Sequence record: NZ_CP072340.1
Direction: 5' to 3' (one strand)
Source: a plasmid
DNA: 64,000 bases
Both the position numbers and the translations under genes were made by a program. Every line of letters begins with the position of its first letter. Positions within the stretch are counted from its first letter, which is position 1. Below, one piece after another: positions 47,714-58,205 of the stretch. The notes below the pieces were generated by a model. The model ran no database searches, had not been told where the DNA came from, and saw only the letters and a program-made list of their open reading frames with translations.

Positions 47714-48733
47714 TTATTTCCTCCTTTTCGAATATTCTTTTTCTATCAATAAATTGATGAGAAATTTCTGCAAGTCTTGGTCAGTGGGTACATTGAGTTT
47801 CTTGCGGATGTGGTTACGCGTCACGTCGACGTTGTTTTCGGTTTTGTCAAGTAGCAGGCCGATTTCGCTCCGCTTCTTTCCCGCGAGAATGAGGCGGCAC
47901 ACATCCGTTTCTGATTTAGTCAGACAGGGAAAGTGGTGCCCCAGATCGCAGTCATCCATCAAGTGTTTTTTCAGATGCAGGCGCACGGCGTTGATAAGGT
48001 TGCGTTGCGATTTCGGTTTGAGCATGGAAAACAGGCGGTCCGTGTCCTCGGGCGAAGGGTGGCTGTTGCCGCTCATGCGCAGATAGGCCTCTATCTCCTG
48101 CCTATTCAGCCTGACGGCGTGCATCAGTGCCGTCTCACGGTGATGCAAATCGGTATTTTCCTTCGTTACACTCATCACATTATATCGCAGCAGCTCGCCC
48201 AGCGTGCAGAGGAAAAACTGCACGAAGAGGAAGAAAGCGAACAGGCGCCAAAGTGAAGGCTCTTGAAGATAGGCTGCCACACAACCGTAGCTAACCACAC
48301 TGATAGCAGAGACGATAAAGGGAGTAAACCGGACAAAGCTCAACACAAGGAAGAAGACGGCCAGCAGCGACGTTACCTGATTGATGAGGATGAGCTGCAG
48401 AAAATGGTCGGGGCGCACGGTGGCGAAATAAAAGAAGCGCACGGCGATGGTGCACTGCGCCACGAGCGCCACGAGCGAGAAAGCCTTGGAAAGCGTCAGC
48501 CGCCGCGTGAGATAGAGCGATAGCGAAAGGAGGCACGCCGCCAGATGGATGCCGCTCATCGTCTGGGGCAACGCTTCCTGCGAACCTCCAAGCCCCATGA
48601 ACTGCAAGGAGATGACGGAAACAACGAGAAGGGAGTGGAGCAAATACACGATGACGCGGTGCCGTTCAATGGTGTTTGTAGTGCGCGACCGTAGGAATGC
48701 CGATACCTTTTCTGTGAGAAAATGAATGATCAT
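47714..48733 (-). CDS. Membrane-anchored LuxR/GerE-type HTH transcriptional regulator
   Basis: About 6 N-terminal TM helices; C-terminus LTKSETDVCRLILAGKKRSEIGLLLDKTENNVDVTRNHIRKKLNV (LuxR-type HTH). Local GC is clearly higher than the window average. Confidence 0.55.
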   Translation of the reverse strand: MIIHFLTEKVSAFLRSRTTNTIERHRVIVYLLHSLLVVSVISLQFMGLGGSQEALPQTMSGIHLAACLLSLSLYLTRRLTLSKAFSLVALVAQCTIAVRFFYFATVRPDHFLQLILINQVTSLLAVFFLVLSFVRFTPFIVSAISVVSYGCVAAYLQEPSLWRLFAFFLFVQFFLCTLGELLRYNVMSVTKENTDLHHRETALMHAVRLNRQEIEAYLRMSGNSHPSPEDTDRLFSMLKPKSQRNLINAVRLHLKKHLMDDCDLGHHFPCLTKSETDVCRLILAGKKRSEIGLLLDKTENNVDVTRNHIRKKLNVPTDQDLQKFLINLLIEKEYSKRRK

Positions 48734-49410
48734 TGTTGCTGTTTTTACTTTTTATAACGACTGCAAAGATACGTTTTTATTTTCTCTTTACCAAGCTTTT
48801 TATTAAGTGTTTTTAAGGTGGTATTAAGGTTTTTAGGGGGCGGAAATACCTTTAAAATGCTCTTTTCTGTCATAATCCTTAAAATAACAATTCTCTTTAT
48901 GCTATTTTTGCATCATCTTTTGCTGCTCTCGCAAAGATTTTTCTTGTGGAATTGCTCAGAAGAGCACCATTAGGTTTGCGAAATTCAGCAGAAAGGAATG
49001 CGAAATGAGAAAATGAGAAAGTAGAAATATATTTAATTCATAATTAGCAAAAAGAGTTATTCATAAAGAAAATGAGATTATGGCAAATGAAAAACAACTG
49101 TTGGGTATATATTTTAAGAAATGAAAGCTGAGAATTCATCATTGGCTTTTCACTCGATATGGATGAAAAGTTCACCGAAATCTCCACGCGAAAGGAAAAG
49201 CTGTCTTATCTCCGTCCGTTTGAAAAACCGTTCGACGGCTTGGCACACAAACATCTTTTGGATTCTCTTTCCAAAGATACGATCAACCTTCTCGTACGAC
49301 GTAATCGGGAACAGACAGAAATATACAAGGAAGTCTTCCGGAAAACGTAGTAACTACGCCACGCCCCCGATAACCAAAAGAATATTTATTTTTTTAATTT
49401 CAAATTCAAT

Positions 49411-52062
49411 ATGAAACAACAAAACATCATTCAGAGGCTCAGCCTCTTCTTGCTTGCCCTCGTGCTGACGATGCCGACGTGGGCGCAGGGCGGCTCCGGA
49501 AACGAGAGCGAGACCATTACGATTGCATCGAAAGAAGACTGGAAAGCGTTCTGCCAGCGAGTGAACAGCGGACAGACCACCCTCAACGCCAAGCTGACAA
49601 AGGACGTGGACCTCGGCGAGGAGATCGTGATGGCAGGAACAGCCGCCCCCTCTTACTATAACTTTTTCTATTACACCGGCACGTTCGACGGACAGGGACA
49701 TACGCTGAAGTTCAACTGGAATGCGGGCAAAGATGACCGAATCGCCCCCTTCTGGTGTGTGAAGGACGCCACGATCAAGAACCTGCGCACCCAAGGGAAG
49801 ATCACGAAGAAGGGTTACGGCTTGTCCGGAATGGTTTATATAGCCTCTGGCACCACCACCATCTCGGGCTGCATCAGCGACGTGGACATCACGGGGGGGA
49901 ACGGTGGTTGGAATGATTCCCAAGCCGCGGGCATGGTTCAAGCTGTAGCCGACGGTGCCTCGGTTACCATCACCGACTGCCTCGTCAAAGGCAGCATCAC
50001 CGACAATGCGGATGAAGACTATAGAAGGATGGCTGGCTTTGTCTTTTATAATGGTGGCACCTACACGCTGACTCGCTGCCTCTACGTCGGCAAGAACAAC
50101 GCCCCCAACGACAGCTACACCTTCGGCACGGAAAAGGGCATCAGCGCCACCTTCACCGACTGCTACTACCTCAACCCCTGCGGCAAAGCGCAGGGCAAGC
50201 AGGTAACCGCCGAGCGACTGAAGAGCGGCGAAATGGCCAAGCTGTTGCAGGGCGACCGCACCGAAAACGTCTGGGGACAGACGCTCGGCACGGACCTTGA
50301 GCCGCAGCTTACCGCCGACGCCACGAAACGGGTGTACGAGGTAAAGTTCGTCTACAACGGCGAGGTGAAGGCAACGCGCTATGCTAACCGGGGCGGCAAC
50401 GTAGGCACCCTGCCCACCCCGCAAGAAATATTGGGCACGGCATACAACGCCGCCAACAGCTACCGCCTCGTCTTCGCCGAGGGCTTCTATGCCGAATATC
50501 CTATTTATGCCGACCGCACCGTGGCAGTAGATGTCATCGTAAACAACATGTGCGAAATCGCCACGAAAGAAGACTGGAAGAAGTTCGGCGACCTCGTATT
50601 GTCCGGGGAGAGAAAACTCAACGCCAAGCTCACCGCCGACCTTAACCTCGGCACGGAGATCCTGAAAATAGGCAGCGAGAGCACCGACTATTCCGGCACC
50701 TTCGACGGACAGGGGCACACCATCACGGTCGATTGGAACGGTTACGGCGATGGTTACTTCGCGCTGTTCCCCTTTGTAACAGACGCCACCATCAAGAACC
50801 TGCGCGTATCGGGGCAGATGACGACCGACGCTCCTATGGGCGTATTCTCTTACTTGGCGGGTGGCACCACCATTTACGAGCACTGCGTCAGCGACGTGAG
50901 AATCACCAGCGGCAACACGAACAGCTCCTACTGCGCCGCAGGAATGGTGCGCGCAGCATACAGCGAAGGCAAAATCACCTTCAAAGACTGCATCGTGGCC
51001 GGCGACCTCAACGGCACCACCGACAACAGCAGCCAGAACATGGGCGGCTTCGTATGTTCTCAAGCTGACGACGCCACCTGCACCTTCGACAACTGCCTCT
51101 ACACCAGCACGAACAATTCCAAGGGCGGCTACACCTTCGCCCCGAACCCCACGCTCAACAACTGCTACTACCTCAACCCCTTCGCCAACGTGCAGGGCAC
51201 GCCGGTAACAGCCGAGCAGCTCGCGAGCGGCGAGGTGACAAAGAAGTTGCAGAACAACCGCACCGACAAGTGCTACTGGGCACAGCAGTTGGGTGAAATG
51301 CCCGACTTCTACAACGCAGCCGACAAGAGCAAGGCGAACTACGTGTATTACGACGCGGCAAAGAAAGGCTGGGCGTGCGACGACTTCCGCCTCACCGACG
51401 AACAGCCGTTGCCCATCGGGCTCGACTTCACCGCCGCCACCGTTACCTACGAGCGCAACTTCAATGGCACGCAGAAAGCCACGCTGTGTCTGCCTTACGA
51501 CTTGTCTGCTCAGGGCTTCAAGGCCTACACCCTCTCGGGCGGCAACAAAAACGAAGTCCATTTCAAGGAAACGAAAGATAAGCTCACGGCATACACACCG
51601 TATTACATCACTGCCGACGGCACGCCACTGCTCGGTGGCACGAACATCGAGGTGAAAGCCTACACCGGAGCTAATCTGACGACCAGCGCCAATGGCTACT
51701 CTATCAAGGGCACGGTGGTAAGCATGGACAACGCTACGGCTGCCGCAGCCAACGCCTACATCCTGCAGGACGATGGTATGTTCCACAAGGTAACGACCGA
51801 CAACCCCGGTGCCACCGTTCCTGCTTATCATGCCTACATCATCTGTCCACCGCAAGCGTCAGGTGCCAAGCAGCTCTCTGTTGTCCTCGACGGCGAGACC
51901 ACCGGCATCGGCGACGTGACGAACGAGGCGACCGACGGAAAGAACGGTCCGGTATATGACCTGCAAGGCCGCCGCGTGGCCGACCGCTTAGACGGCGCCA
52001 CACGCCACTCGTTGCCCGCAGGCGTCTACATCGTAGGCGGCCGCAAGGTTGTTGTGAAATAA
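49411..52062 (+). CDS. Large secreted repeat protein with T9SS C-terminal sorting domain (two approx 300-aa internal repeats; possible beta-helix adhesin)
   Basis: Signal peptide MKQQNIIQRLSLFLLALVLTMPTWAQG. Internal duplication (..SKEDWKAFCQRVNSGQTTLNAKLTKDVDLGEEI..TGTFDGQGHTLKFNWNAG.. versus ..TKEDWKKFGDLVLSGERKLNAKLTADLNLGTEI..SGTFDGQGHTITVDWNGY..). C-terminus ...PAGVYIVGGRKVVVK. GC is roughly 60%, against about 45% for neighbouring genes. Confidence 0.5.
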   Translation: MKQQNIIQRLSLFLLALVLTMPTWAQGGSGNESETITIASKEDWKAFCQRVNSGQTTLNAKLTKDVDLGEEIVMAGTAAPSYYNFFYYTGTFDGQGHTLKFNWNAGKDDRIAPFWCVKDATIKNLRTQGKITKKGYGLSGMVYIASGTTTISGCISDVDITGGNGGWNDSQAAGMVQAVADGASVTITDCLVKGSITDNADEDYRRMAGFVFYNGGTYTLTRCLYVGKNNAPNDSYTFGTEKGISATFTDCYYLNPCGKAQGKQVTAERLKSGEMAKLLQGDRTENVWGQTLGTDLEPQLTADATKRVYEVKFVYNGEVKATRYANRGGNVGTLPTPQEILGTAYNAANSYRLVFAEGFYAEYPIYADRTVAVDVIVNNMCEIATKEDWKKFGDLVLSGERKLNAKLTADLNLGTEILKIGSESTDYSGTFDGQGHTITVDWNGYGDGYFALFPFVTDATIKNLRVSGQMTTDAPMGVFSYLAGGTTIYEHCVSDVRITSGNTNSSYCAAGMVRAAYSEGKITFKDCIVAGDLNGTTDNSSQNMGGFVCSQADDATCTFDNCLYTSTNNSKGGYTFAPNPTLNNCYYLNPFANVQGTPVTAEQLASGEVTKKLQNNRTDKCYWAQQLGEMPDFYNAADKSKANYVYYDAAKKGWACDDFRLTDEQPLPIGLDFTAATVTYERNFNGTQKATLCLPYDLSAQGFKAYTLSGGNKNEVHFKETKDKLTAYTPYYITADGTPLLGGTNIEVKAYTGANLTTSANGYSIKGTVVSMDNATAAAANAYILQDDGMFHKVTTDNPGATVPAYHAYIICPPQASGAKQLSVVLDGETTGIGDVTNEATDGKNGPVYDLQGRRVADRLDGATRHSLPAGVYIVGGRKVVVK

Positions 52063-52074
52063 TGTCTCTCTTCT

Positions 52075-52116
52075 TATCGGGGGAGCGTCCACCAAGAAGA
52101 GACGCGCTCCCCGATA
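52075..52116 (+). terminator. GC-rich hairpin (tatcgggggagcg ... cgctccccgata) 13 nt after the stop of the T9SS repeat gene
   Basis: Read directly from the sequence; the following tract is A/T-rich rather than a clean U-run. Confidence 0.45.
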
Positions 52117-52549
52117 GCACATAACTAATAAATTATAAACAAAAAATATGAAAAAGTATATTAAACCGACCATGAAGGCCAAGCCTCTTGAAATGGAAAA
52201 CTGCATCCTCGCCGGCTCCACCAGCGTGGGCATCGGCGAGGGTCCCGCAACGGGACCAGCACTGTCGAAAGGTAATAACTTCTTTGGCGACGACGAAGAG
52301 GAGGAAGATGAGGGCTATGCTGCTCCGATTTGTCGCTCAAAATCGCAGTGGGATGATTAAATCCATTTTTATCGAGGGCGTGGTGCATAACAGGTGCCAC
52401 GCCCTTTTGATAATTAAAGAAAATGACGTACACATACAGTCCGAAAGATGTTCTCTCGAACATATATCTTTCTATTCCCAATGCATGGTAACTATTCTCT
52501 GACACCTTTGCAAGGAACAGATGCTCGGAGACATCGGTTGGTAAATGGT

Positions 52550-54553
52550 CTACTCTTTATTCAAGTGGGCAAGAGCCGGATCGGTCTTGATGCGTTCCTT
52601 CTCCGATTCCACAAGTGAGATAATCTCTTGTTTGACACGTTTATAGTTGGCTTCGATAGTCTCTTTGAGATTGTCGGAGCCATCTTCGTTTGTAAAGTCT
52701 GCGATTATAGGGATTGGTTGGTAAGTTATCGTTTCTGCTGAAACTTTGGCAGAATCCACGACTATCTCTGCATGGAAAATTTTCTGGTCGATGCGTTCTT
52801 CGAAGTTGTCGGAGACGGCACCGACAAACATTCCTTGCGTAAGGTTGCTGATTTTCGATGCAGGGATAAGACTGTCCATCTGTGTGGAGATTGAAGTGGA
52901 TTTATCGTTGCGGTTGATGGTCATGGACTGGCGTTGCTGAAGCACCTTACCGAAACGTTCGGAGAGTGTTTTGGCAGTTTCTCCAACCACCTGCCCGGAA
53001 AAGACATTGCCAACTGTGTTTTGTATCACCTTACTTTCCTTGTCACCATAATCACGGGTAAGCTGTGAGAAGTCCTGAAAGCCCAAGCAGACCGCGACCT
53101 TATTGCTTCGTGCAGTAGCAATGAGGTTGTCCAAGCCTCGGAAATAGATAGTCGGCAACTCGTCGATAATCACGGAGGATTTGAGTTGTTTCTTCTTGTT
53201 GATGAGTTTTACGATACGGCTGTTATAAAGTCCGAGTGCAGCCGAGTAGATATTCTGGCGATCAGGATTGTTACCAACTACAAGCACTTTCGGCTCATTA
53301 GGGTTATTGATGTCAAGTGAGAAATCATCGCCTGTCATTACCCAATAGAGAGCAGGCGAAATCATCCTTGAGAGCGGTATCTTCGCTGATGCAATCTGTC
53401 CCTGCAACTGGTCTTGTGCTCCACCTTCCCAAGCGTCCATGAAAGGAGAAAGATAATTGGCAAGTTCATCGTAAGAAGTGAGTATCGGGAAAATCTGTGC
53501 ATAGGGGCGGTTCAGGAACTCGATGGCATGGGGAAAGGTGCAATACTTCCCGTTCTCGTATATCTTCAGAAACCAGATGATGGCAGCCAGCAGAATGATT
53601 GGTGACTCCACAAAGAAATCACCCTGTTTCTGAATCCACGAGCGGTTAAGGTTGAGCATAATGGTGTAGGCACTTTCATAGGCATCGGATATGTCCGTCA
53701 TAAAGACAGGGTTGATAGGATTACAACGGTGGCTTCTTCGAGGGTCGTCAAAGTTAATCACAAAGAATTGCGGCTTTACCTTATAGGAATCCAAATGATG
53801 GAGCAGGTGATTATAGGCTATCTCTGAAAGGTCAGGGAACTTATAGTCGTAGATGTACATGGCAAAGCCTTTCTCTATCTGCTGCTTGATGTAGTTGTTC
53901 ACGATAGCGTAGGACTTACCAGAACCCGGTGTACCGAGCACCATTGAGGCACGAAAGGGGTTGACTACGTTTATCCAGCCATTATTCCACTTCTTCTTAT
54001 AGTAGAAGCGTGTAGGGAGATTGACGGAGTATTCATTTTCCATCAACCGCGTTTCCTGCATGAAACTCTCGTTCTCCGTGTTGAATACATCATCCATCAG
54101 ATTGTTTTTGAGCAGTCGGCTCATCCATACGCCACCCATCAGCAGACAGATATAGCCCAAAGACAGCGTAAAGATATAGAGCGAAGCTGCACCAATTTTT
54201 CCTATGCGCAATGCCAACAGCCACCAGTTGAGAAAGAAAAAGACAAAGCCTGAGAAAAGCACCGTCCAAATCTTTGGCCATGTGATTTTCTCTTCTTTCA
54301 CGCCTTTCGTGCCCAAACAGGATAAAGCAAGAAATACTACACAAAAGAGTTTCGTCCAAAGGATGGAAGAAAACAATCCCGTCGTTCGCTGGAAATTCAT
54401 CAGTATCTTATTGATGATACCAAGTGTGAAGTGCCACTGCTGAAATGCCTCGTAGCAGAACCAATAACAGTTGATAAGGAGGAATATCACCGATATACCT
54501 CGCATAAAGTCCATGACCTTACCTAACGCCCTTAAATCGTCTTCTTGTGCCAT
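52550..54553 (-). CDS. mobC: Type IV coupling protein (TraG/TraD/VirD4-like; MobC of Bacteroides CTn nomenclature)
   Basis: N-terminal TM segments, Walker A VLGTPGSGKSYAIVNNY, 667 aa, directly downstream of the relaxase. Confidence 0.85.
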   Translation of the reverse strand: MAQEDDLRALGKVMDFMRGISVIFLLINCYWFCYEAFQQWHFTLGIINKILMNFQRTTGLFSSILWTKLFCVVFLALSCLGTKGVKEEKITWPKIWTVLFSGFVFFFLNWWLLALRIGKIGAASLYIFTLSLGYICLLMGGVWMSRLLKNNLMDDVFNTENESFMQETRLMENEYSVNLPTRFYYKKKWNNGWINVVNPFRASMVLGTPGSGKSYAIVNNYIKQQIEKGFAMYIYDYKFPDLSEIAYNHLLHHLDSYKVKPQFFVINFDDPRRSHRCNPINPVFMTDISDAYESAYTIMLNLNRSWIQKQGDFFVESPIILLAAIIWFLKIYENGKYCTFPHAIEFLNRPYAQIFPILTSYDELANYLSPFMDAWEGGAQDQLQGQIASAKIPLSRMISPALYWVMTGDDFSLDINNPNEPKVLVVGNNPDRQNIYSAALGLYNSRIVKLINKKKQLKSSVIIDELPTIYFRGLDNLIATARSNKVAVCLGFQDFSQLTRDYGDKESKVIQNTVGNVFSGQVVGETAKTLSERFGKVLQQRQSMTINRNDKSTSISTQMDSLIPASKISNLTQGMFVGAVSDNFEERIDQKIFHAEIVVDSAKVSAETITYQPIPIIADFTNEDGSDNLKETIEANYKRVKQEIISLVESEKERIKTDPALAHLNKE

Positions 54554-54636
54554 AATCGTATTGCTTTTATATTTGTTGTATTATCGTTATTTGAATTGCG
54601 TTTGAATACTGTTCAAACAAAATTTGAAATACCTAC

Positions 54637-55917
54637 TTATCTTTTCCTCCGTTTGAGATTGACTTTGCTTTGTCTGCGGAGTTTACGTTGCCAAGCCGCT
54701 TCTTTCCAATCATCATTGCCCGTAGATCTGAAAGAGTCACCCACTATATCCTCGATGAGTTCATCGACAAGGTTGTCTCCATCTTCCGTATCTGATTGCA
54801 AGGGATGAGCGGTTGGCGATGGTTCCAAACGAACAGACGAACCACCATACAGCATTTCAACCAAGAATGGGTTGTGCGTAGGATTGGAGAAGTAGCCATT
54901 GAATACATTGGCGGCATATCCCTTTCCCAATCGTGAACCGTTGAGTGCAACACCTTGCTCGTCATCAATAAAGGTAATACCGTAAATTCTTCCATTATCA
55001 TTCTTTCGGATTACCACACGCAAGCCTTGTTCCTCCAATCTGCTCCGCAGGTCTTTCTCTGTCTGGGGAGAGGTGCGCATAGCTTGTAACACTTTGTTCC
55101 TGACGGTTGGTATCAGTGGTTTGACATTTTGTTTCGACTTCTGTATTCTGTTCTGTACGGCAGTATAGCCCACACCACGACCGATGTCCGAGGCATGGAT
55201 GGGTGTGCTTACTTTATTGCTCTTGTCATCTGTCGGAACATAGACCAGTCCGTCATATTTCTTTCCCCGAAACTCCGTCTTCACTTCTTCCACGGCAAGG
55301 TTATATTTACTCAGGATGGCATTCAGTTCGCCCAAGGAACAGAAACGATAATACTTCAGCACCATGCGGATAACGCTTGCCGTCTGCTCCTTGATGTTTC
55401 CTCTATCAATATCCACCTTGGGCGTTTCTGTTTCCACCTTACCGCTAACCTTTGAACTTGGAATGAGACCAAATTTTCTTTCCAAAGCATCGGTAATTTG
55501 CTTGCTCCGCCGTTTCTCGAAACGGTCGTTGATCTTTCGTCCCTCATCATCCACACGAAGTGACACAATGTGGATATGCTCACGGGCGATGTCGTTGTGC
55601 TTGAACACGATATAGGGTTGCTTGCCGTAGCCGAGTGCCTCCATATACTCCCTGGCTACCTGCACGAGTTGCTCATCGGAGATTTTATCGTCCGGATGCG
55701 GATTGAGCGAACAGTGGAACACCGTTTTCTTCGTTCGGCATACCTTCGGCATCAATGCCTCCATGTCGGCCAGTACATCCTCCATCGTGTAATTGCCATC
55801 GCTGTTTTGATACAGCTCAGCGGCAAGGAGAATGCTTGCTTCCCCTTTCTCCACCTTTTTGAAGTTATAGCCGAGTGCCCCTCCAAGGTTCTCCGTTGCA
55901 GAAATCTTGGCAATCAT
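54637..55917 (-). CDS. mobB: Conjugative relaxase (MobB of Bacteroides CTn nomenclature)
   Basis: N-terminus MIAKISATENLGGALGYNFKKVE; His-rich metal site REHIHIVSLRVD (HxH motif). Confidence 0.85.
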   Translation of the reverse strand: MIAKISATENLGGALGYNFKKVEKGEASILLAAELYQNSDGNYTMEDVLADMEALMPKVCRTKKTVFHCSLNPHPDDKISDEQLVQVAREYMEALGYGKQPYIVFKHNDIAREHIHIVSLRVDDEGRKINDRFEKRRSKQITDALERKFGLIPSSKVSGKVETETPKVDIDRGNIKEQTASVIRMVLKYYRFCSLGELNAILSKYNLAVEEVKTEFRGKKYDGLVYVPTDDKSNKVSTPIHASDIGRGVGYTAVQNRIQKSKQNVKPLIPTVRNKVLQAMRTSPQTEKDLRSRLEEQGLRVVIRKNDNGRIYGITFIDDEQGVALNGSRLGKGYAANVFNGYFSNPTHNPFLVEMLYGGSSVRLEPSPTAHPLQSDTEDGDNLVDELIEDIVGDSFRSTGNDDWKEAAWQRKLRRQSKVNLKRRKR

Positions 55918-56333
55918 TTCTTGCGGTAGTCTATGGTCAGACTGATAGCCTGCTCCTGCAAGGCGATGATTTGAACCGATAATTTCTCCAATTTTTCAAG
56001 CAGGATTTGTGCGGTTTTTACGCTGTGATAGCTGTTGATGGCACGCACGGCTTGGTTATACAGCACGCCAATCTTATGGATTTGCGCCGTCAGTTCTGAG
56101 AGCTTTCGGTAATATTCCACGGCAGATTTATCCACCGTGATCACCTTGAAACTCTCTCCAAGAATACGACCACGCACGAAATCCGACTTTGTTTTTGCCC
56201 CCGAACGCTGAAACAAATCTATCGCCCGTTGCTGGTCTTTGGGGTTGGGCAACCGCACATGCCAGTTGTCCCAACGAGGCTTTTCTGCCTTTTTTCGTTC
56301 TAAACGATATTCTGTACCTTTATTCATATTCAT
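55914..56333 (-). CDS. mobA: MobA relaxosome accessory protein (MobC-family fold)
   Basis: KIGVLYNQAVRAIN motif; overlaps the relaxase start by 4 nt; homologous to the mobA-like genes of elements A and B. Confidence 0.7.
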   Translation of the reverse strand: MNMNKGTEYRLERKKAEKPRWDNWHVRLPNPKDQQRAIDLFQRSGAKTKSDFVRGRILGESFKVITVDKSAVEYYRKLSELTAQIHKIGVLYNQAVRAINSYHSVKTAQILLEKLEKLSVQIIALQEQAISLTIDYRKK

Positions 56334-56336
56334 TTG

Positions 56337-56432
56337 GTCTTCTAATTACGACTTTGGAGTAATTCATCCCCCTTCGGGGCAAGGGTCTTTGTGGTACAAA
56401 TGGCGGTTTGTGTTACAAAGACACACCTTGCC
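56337..56432. other. Putative oriT of the CTn (cccccttcgggg hairpin, gtctttgtggtacaaa...tttgtgttacaaagac inverted repeat)
   Basis: Immediately upstream of mobA; reverse-complement is about 85% identical to the oriT-like blocks of elements A and B. Confidence 0.5.
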
Positions 56433-56892
56433 AATACCAAGAGTTGATACGATTGAAGCATCCACCCTTATAGGGTGTCTGTTTCTAAGAGTATACCTCC
56501 ATGTATTATTCTCGCCTGCAAAGTTACGACGGATTTTCAAATAACTCATTATCAATGATATTCACTCTTTTTCCTTTCATTTCCCTGCATTTCCCCAAGG
56601 GTTGGAAATAACTAAATTACTGACTTATTTTGCAGTGGATTTAGGTCAAAACGTACCAATTTATCAACTCATCTACCGACCGACAAAACTCAGCTAAAGA
56701 GTTTTTCGGGAAGTTGGACAGACGGTAATAAAGTCTATAGATCAGTCAGTCAAAAAGTAATTATGACACTCAGTTAAAAATTCTGTCAGTTCAAGGCTCG
56801 ATACCTATCTACCAACTCACTGTCTATCCGACTGACTGAACTCGGTCTGTAAGAAAGTAACAATAGAGTTAATCATACAATATTCAACAACG

Positions 56893-57684
56893 ATGAAGCA
56901 GAAAGTTAAAAATCAGCCCGTCTATCTGGGCTTCGCATCGCAAAAAGGAGGGGTTGGCAAGAGTAGCCTTGCCGAAATCCTCGCGTCCATTCTATATTAC
57001 GAAAAAGGAATATCTCTTCTTGTCGTAGATTGTGACGGAACGCAAGAGTCGTTCTTCAAGTTGAGGCAGAGAGAACGCCGCGTGATAGAGGGAAGTGAAA
57101 CCATTTCTAAACAGATGAAGGATTTCTTCACCAAGTTTGGGAAACATGCCTATCCCATTATTCGCTCGACACCGAAAAACGTCATTAAATATGTGAACGA
57201 ATACATCAGGACGCATGATATAAAGGTAAACCTCGTAATTTTTGATTTTCCCGGTCATGCTTCAACCGAGGATTTGCTCCAACTCTCCATAGACATGGAC
57301 TATATCATCACCCCTATAGAGGCGGATCCCCAATCTTTGGTGTCCAGCTTTGCCTATGCCAGGACCATCAGGGACTTGGGAGTCGGACTTAGCGATGCCC
57401 GTATCCGTGACCTGCTCTTACTATGGAACAAAATCAACCGTAGCGCCAGTTCCATCGTTATGGACTATTACACACAATATGCAAAGGAAGAGGACATCAG
57501 TATATTTGATGCCCGCATATACCATTCCGTGAGATTCTCCAGGGAATTGGAGTTAGGTGGCGTGAAGGGTGTCTTCCGCAGTTCTTACTTACCTCCGGCA
57601 CTTACCTTACGCCTTCCTACTGGTATAGACTTGTGGGTGGAGGAAGTAATCGAAAAATGCCATCTCATTCCGGATAGCCTATGA
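56893..57684 (+). CDS. traA: ParA/MinD-like ATPase TraA
   Basis: Deviant Walker A FASQKGGVGKSSLAE; first gene of the tra operon. Confidence 0.85.
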   Translation: MKQKVKNQPVYLGFASQKGGVGKSSLAEILASILYYEKGISLLVVDCDGTQESFFKLRQRERRVIEGSETISKQMKDFFTKFGKHAYPIIRSTPKNVIKYVNEYIRTHDIKVNLVIFDFPGHASTEDLLQLSIDMDYIITPIEADPQSLVSSFAYARTIRDLGVGLSDARIRDLLLLWNKINRSASSIVMDYYTQYAKEEDISIFDARIYHSVRFSRELELGGVKGVFRSSYLPPALTLRLPTGIDLWVEEVIEKCHLIPDSL

Positions 57685-58205
57685 CCTCCATTAGTGAAGA
57701 ACGAAAGAAAGTCCTCCGGAGCAAACTCAAGGAGATGGGCAATTACGGTGTACAGGAACGTTCTCCGGAAGAATCCCCCTTTTATGACCAGCCCACAGAA
57801 CTTGAGCGTGATTTGGAAAAACTCCAATCGGATGAACCGCAAGAAGCGAAAGAAGAAGAACCTGTTACAAGGACTTCTGCAGCAGAACAGACAGCAGAAC
57901 CTTTACGGGCTAAAAAAAATAAAGACAAAGGAAGCAGGGAAGATGCCCTGTCTGCCAAACTCTCTTTTGAGGAATATCGTGAACGCTACCTTAGCCATTC
58001 TCAATGCAGTAATGGTAAATCCGGATTCACCATTAACAGTGAGGTCTTGCAGTTGCTCAGAGATGTCCTTCGGGATGTCCGTGCAAAGACTACCCTCACT
58101 GCCTACATTGAAAATATCCTTCTTGAGCATTTGAAAGAAAACCAAGCCATGCTGAACAAGACAGCGGCACAGTATAAACGTAATCAAACACTTAATTTAT
58201 GGTAA
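57681..58205 (+). CDS. DUF3408-like conjugative transfer protein (TraB-like)
   Basis: KLKEMGNYGV N-terminal motif; C-terminal ...TAYIENILLEHLKENQ; overlaps the traA stop. Confidence 0.5.
   Translation: MTSISEERKKVLRSKLKEMGNYGVQERSPEESPFYDQPTELERDLEKLQSDEPQEAKEEEPVTRTSAAEQTAEPLRAKKNKDKGSREDALSAKLSFEEYRERYLSHSQCSNGKSGFTINSEVLQLLRDVLRDVRAKTTLTAYIENILLEHLKENQAMLNKTAAQYKRNQTLNLW

Noticed and set aside
49354-51855. 833-aa minus-strand ORF antisense to the T9SS repeat gene
   Set aside because: It lies entirely within the high-GC gene 49411..52062, where stop codons are rare on all frames. The translation is low-complexity (G/A/V/R-rich) with no motifs, whereas the plus-strand gene has a signal peptide, internal repeats and a CTD.
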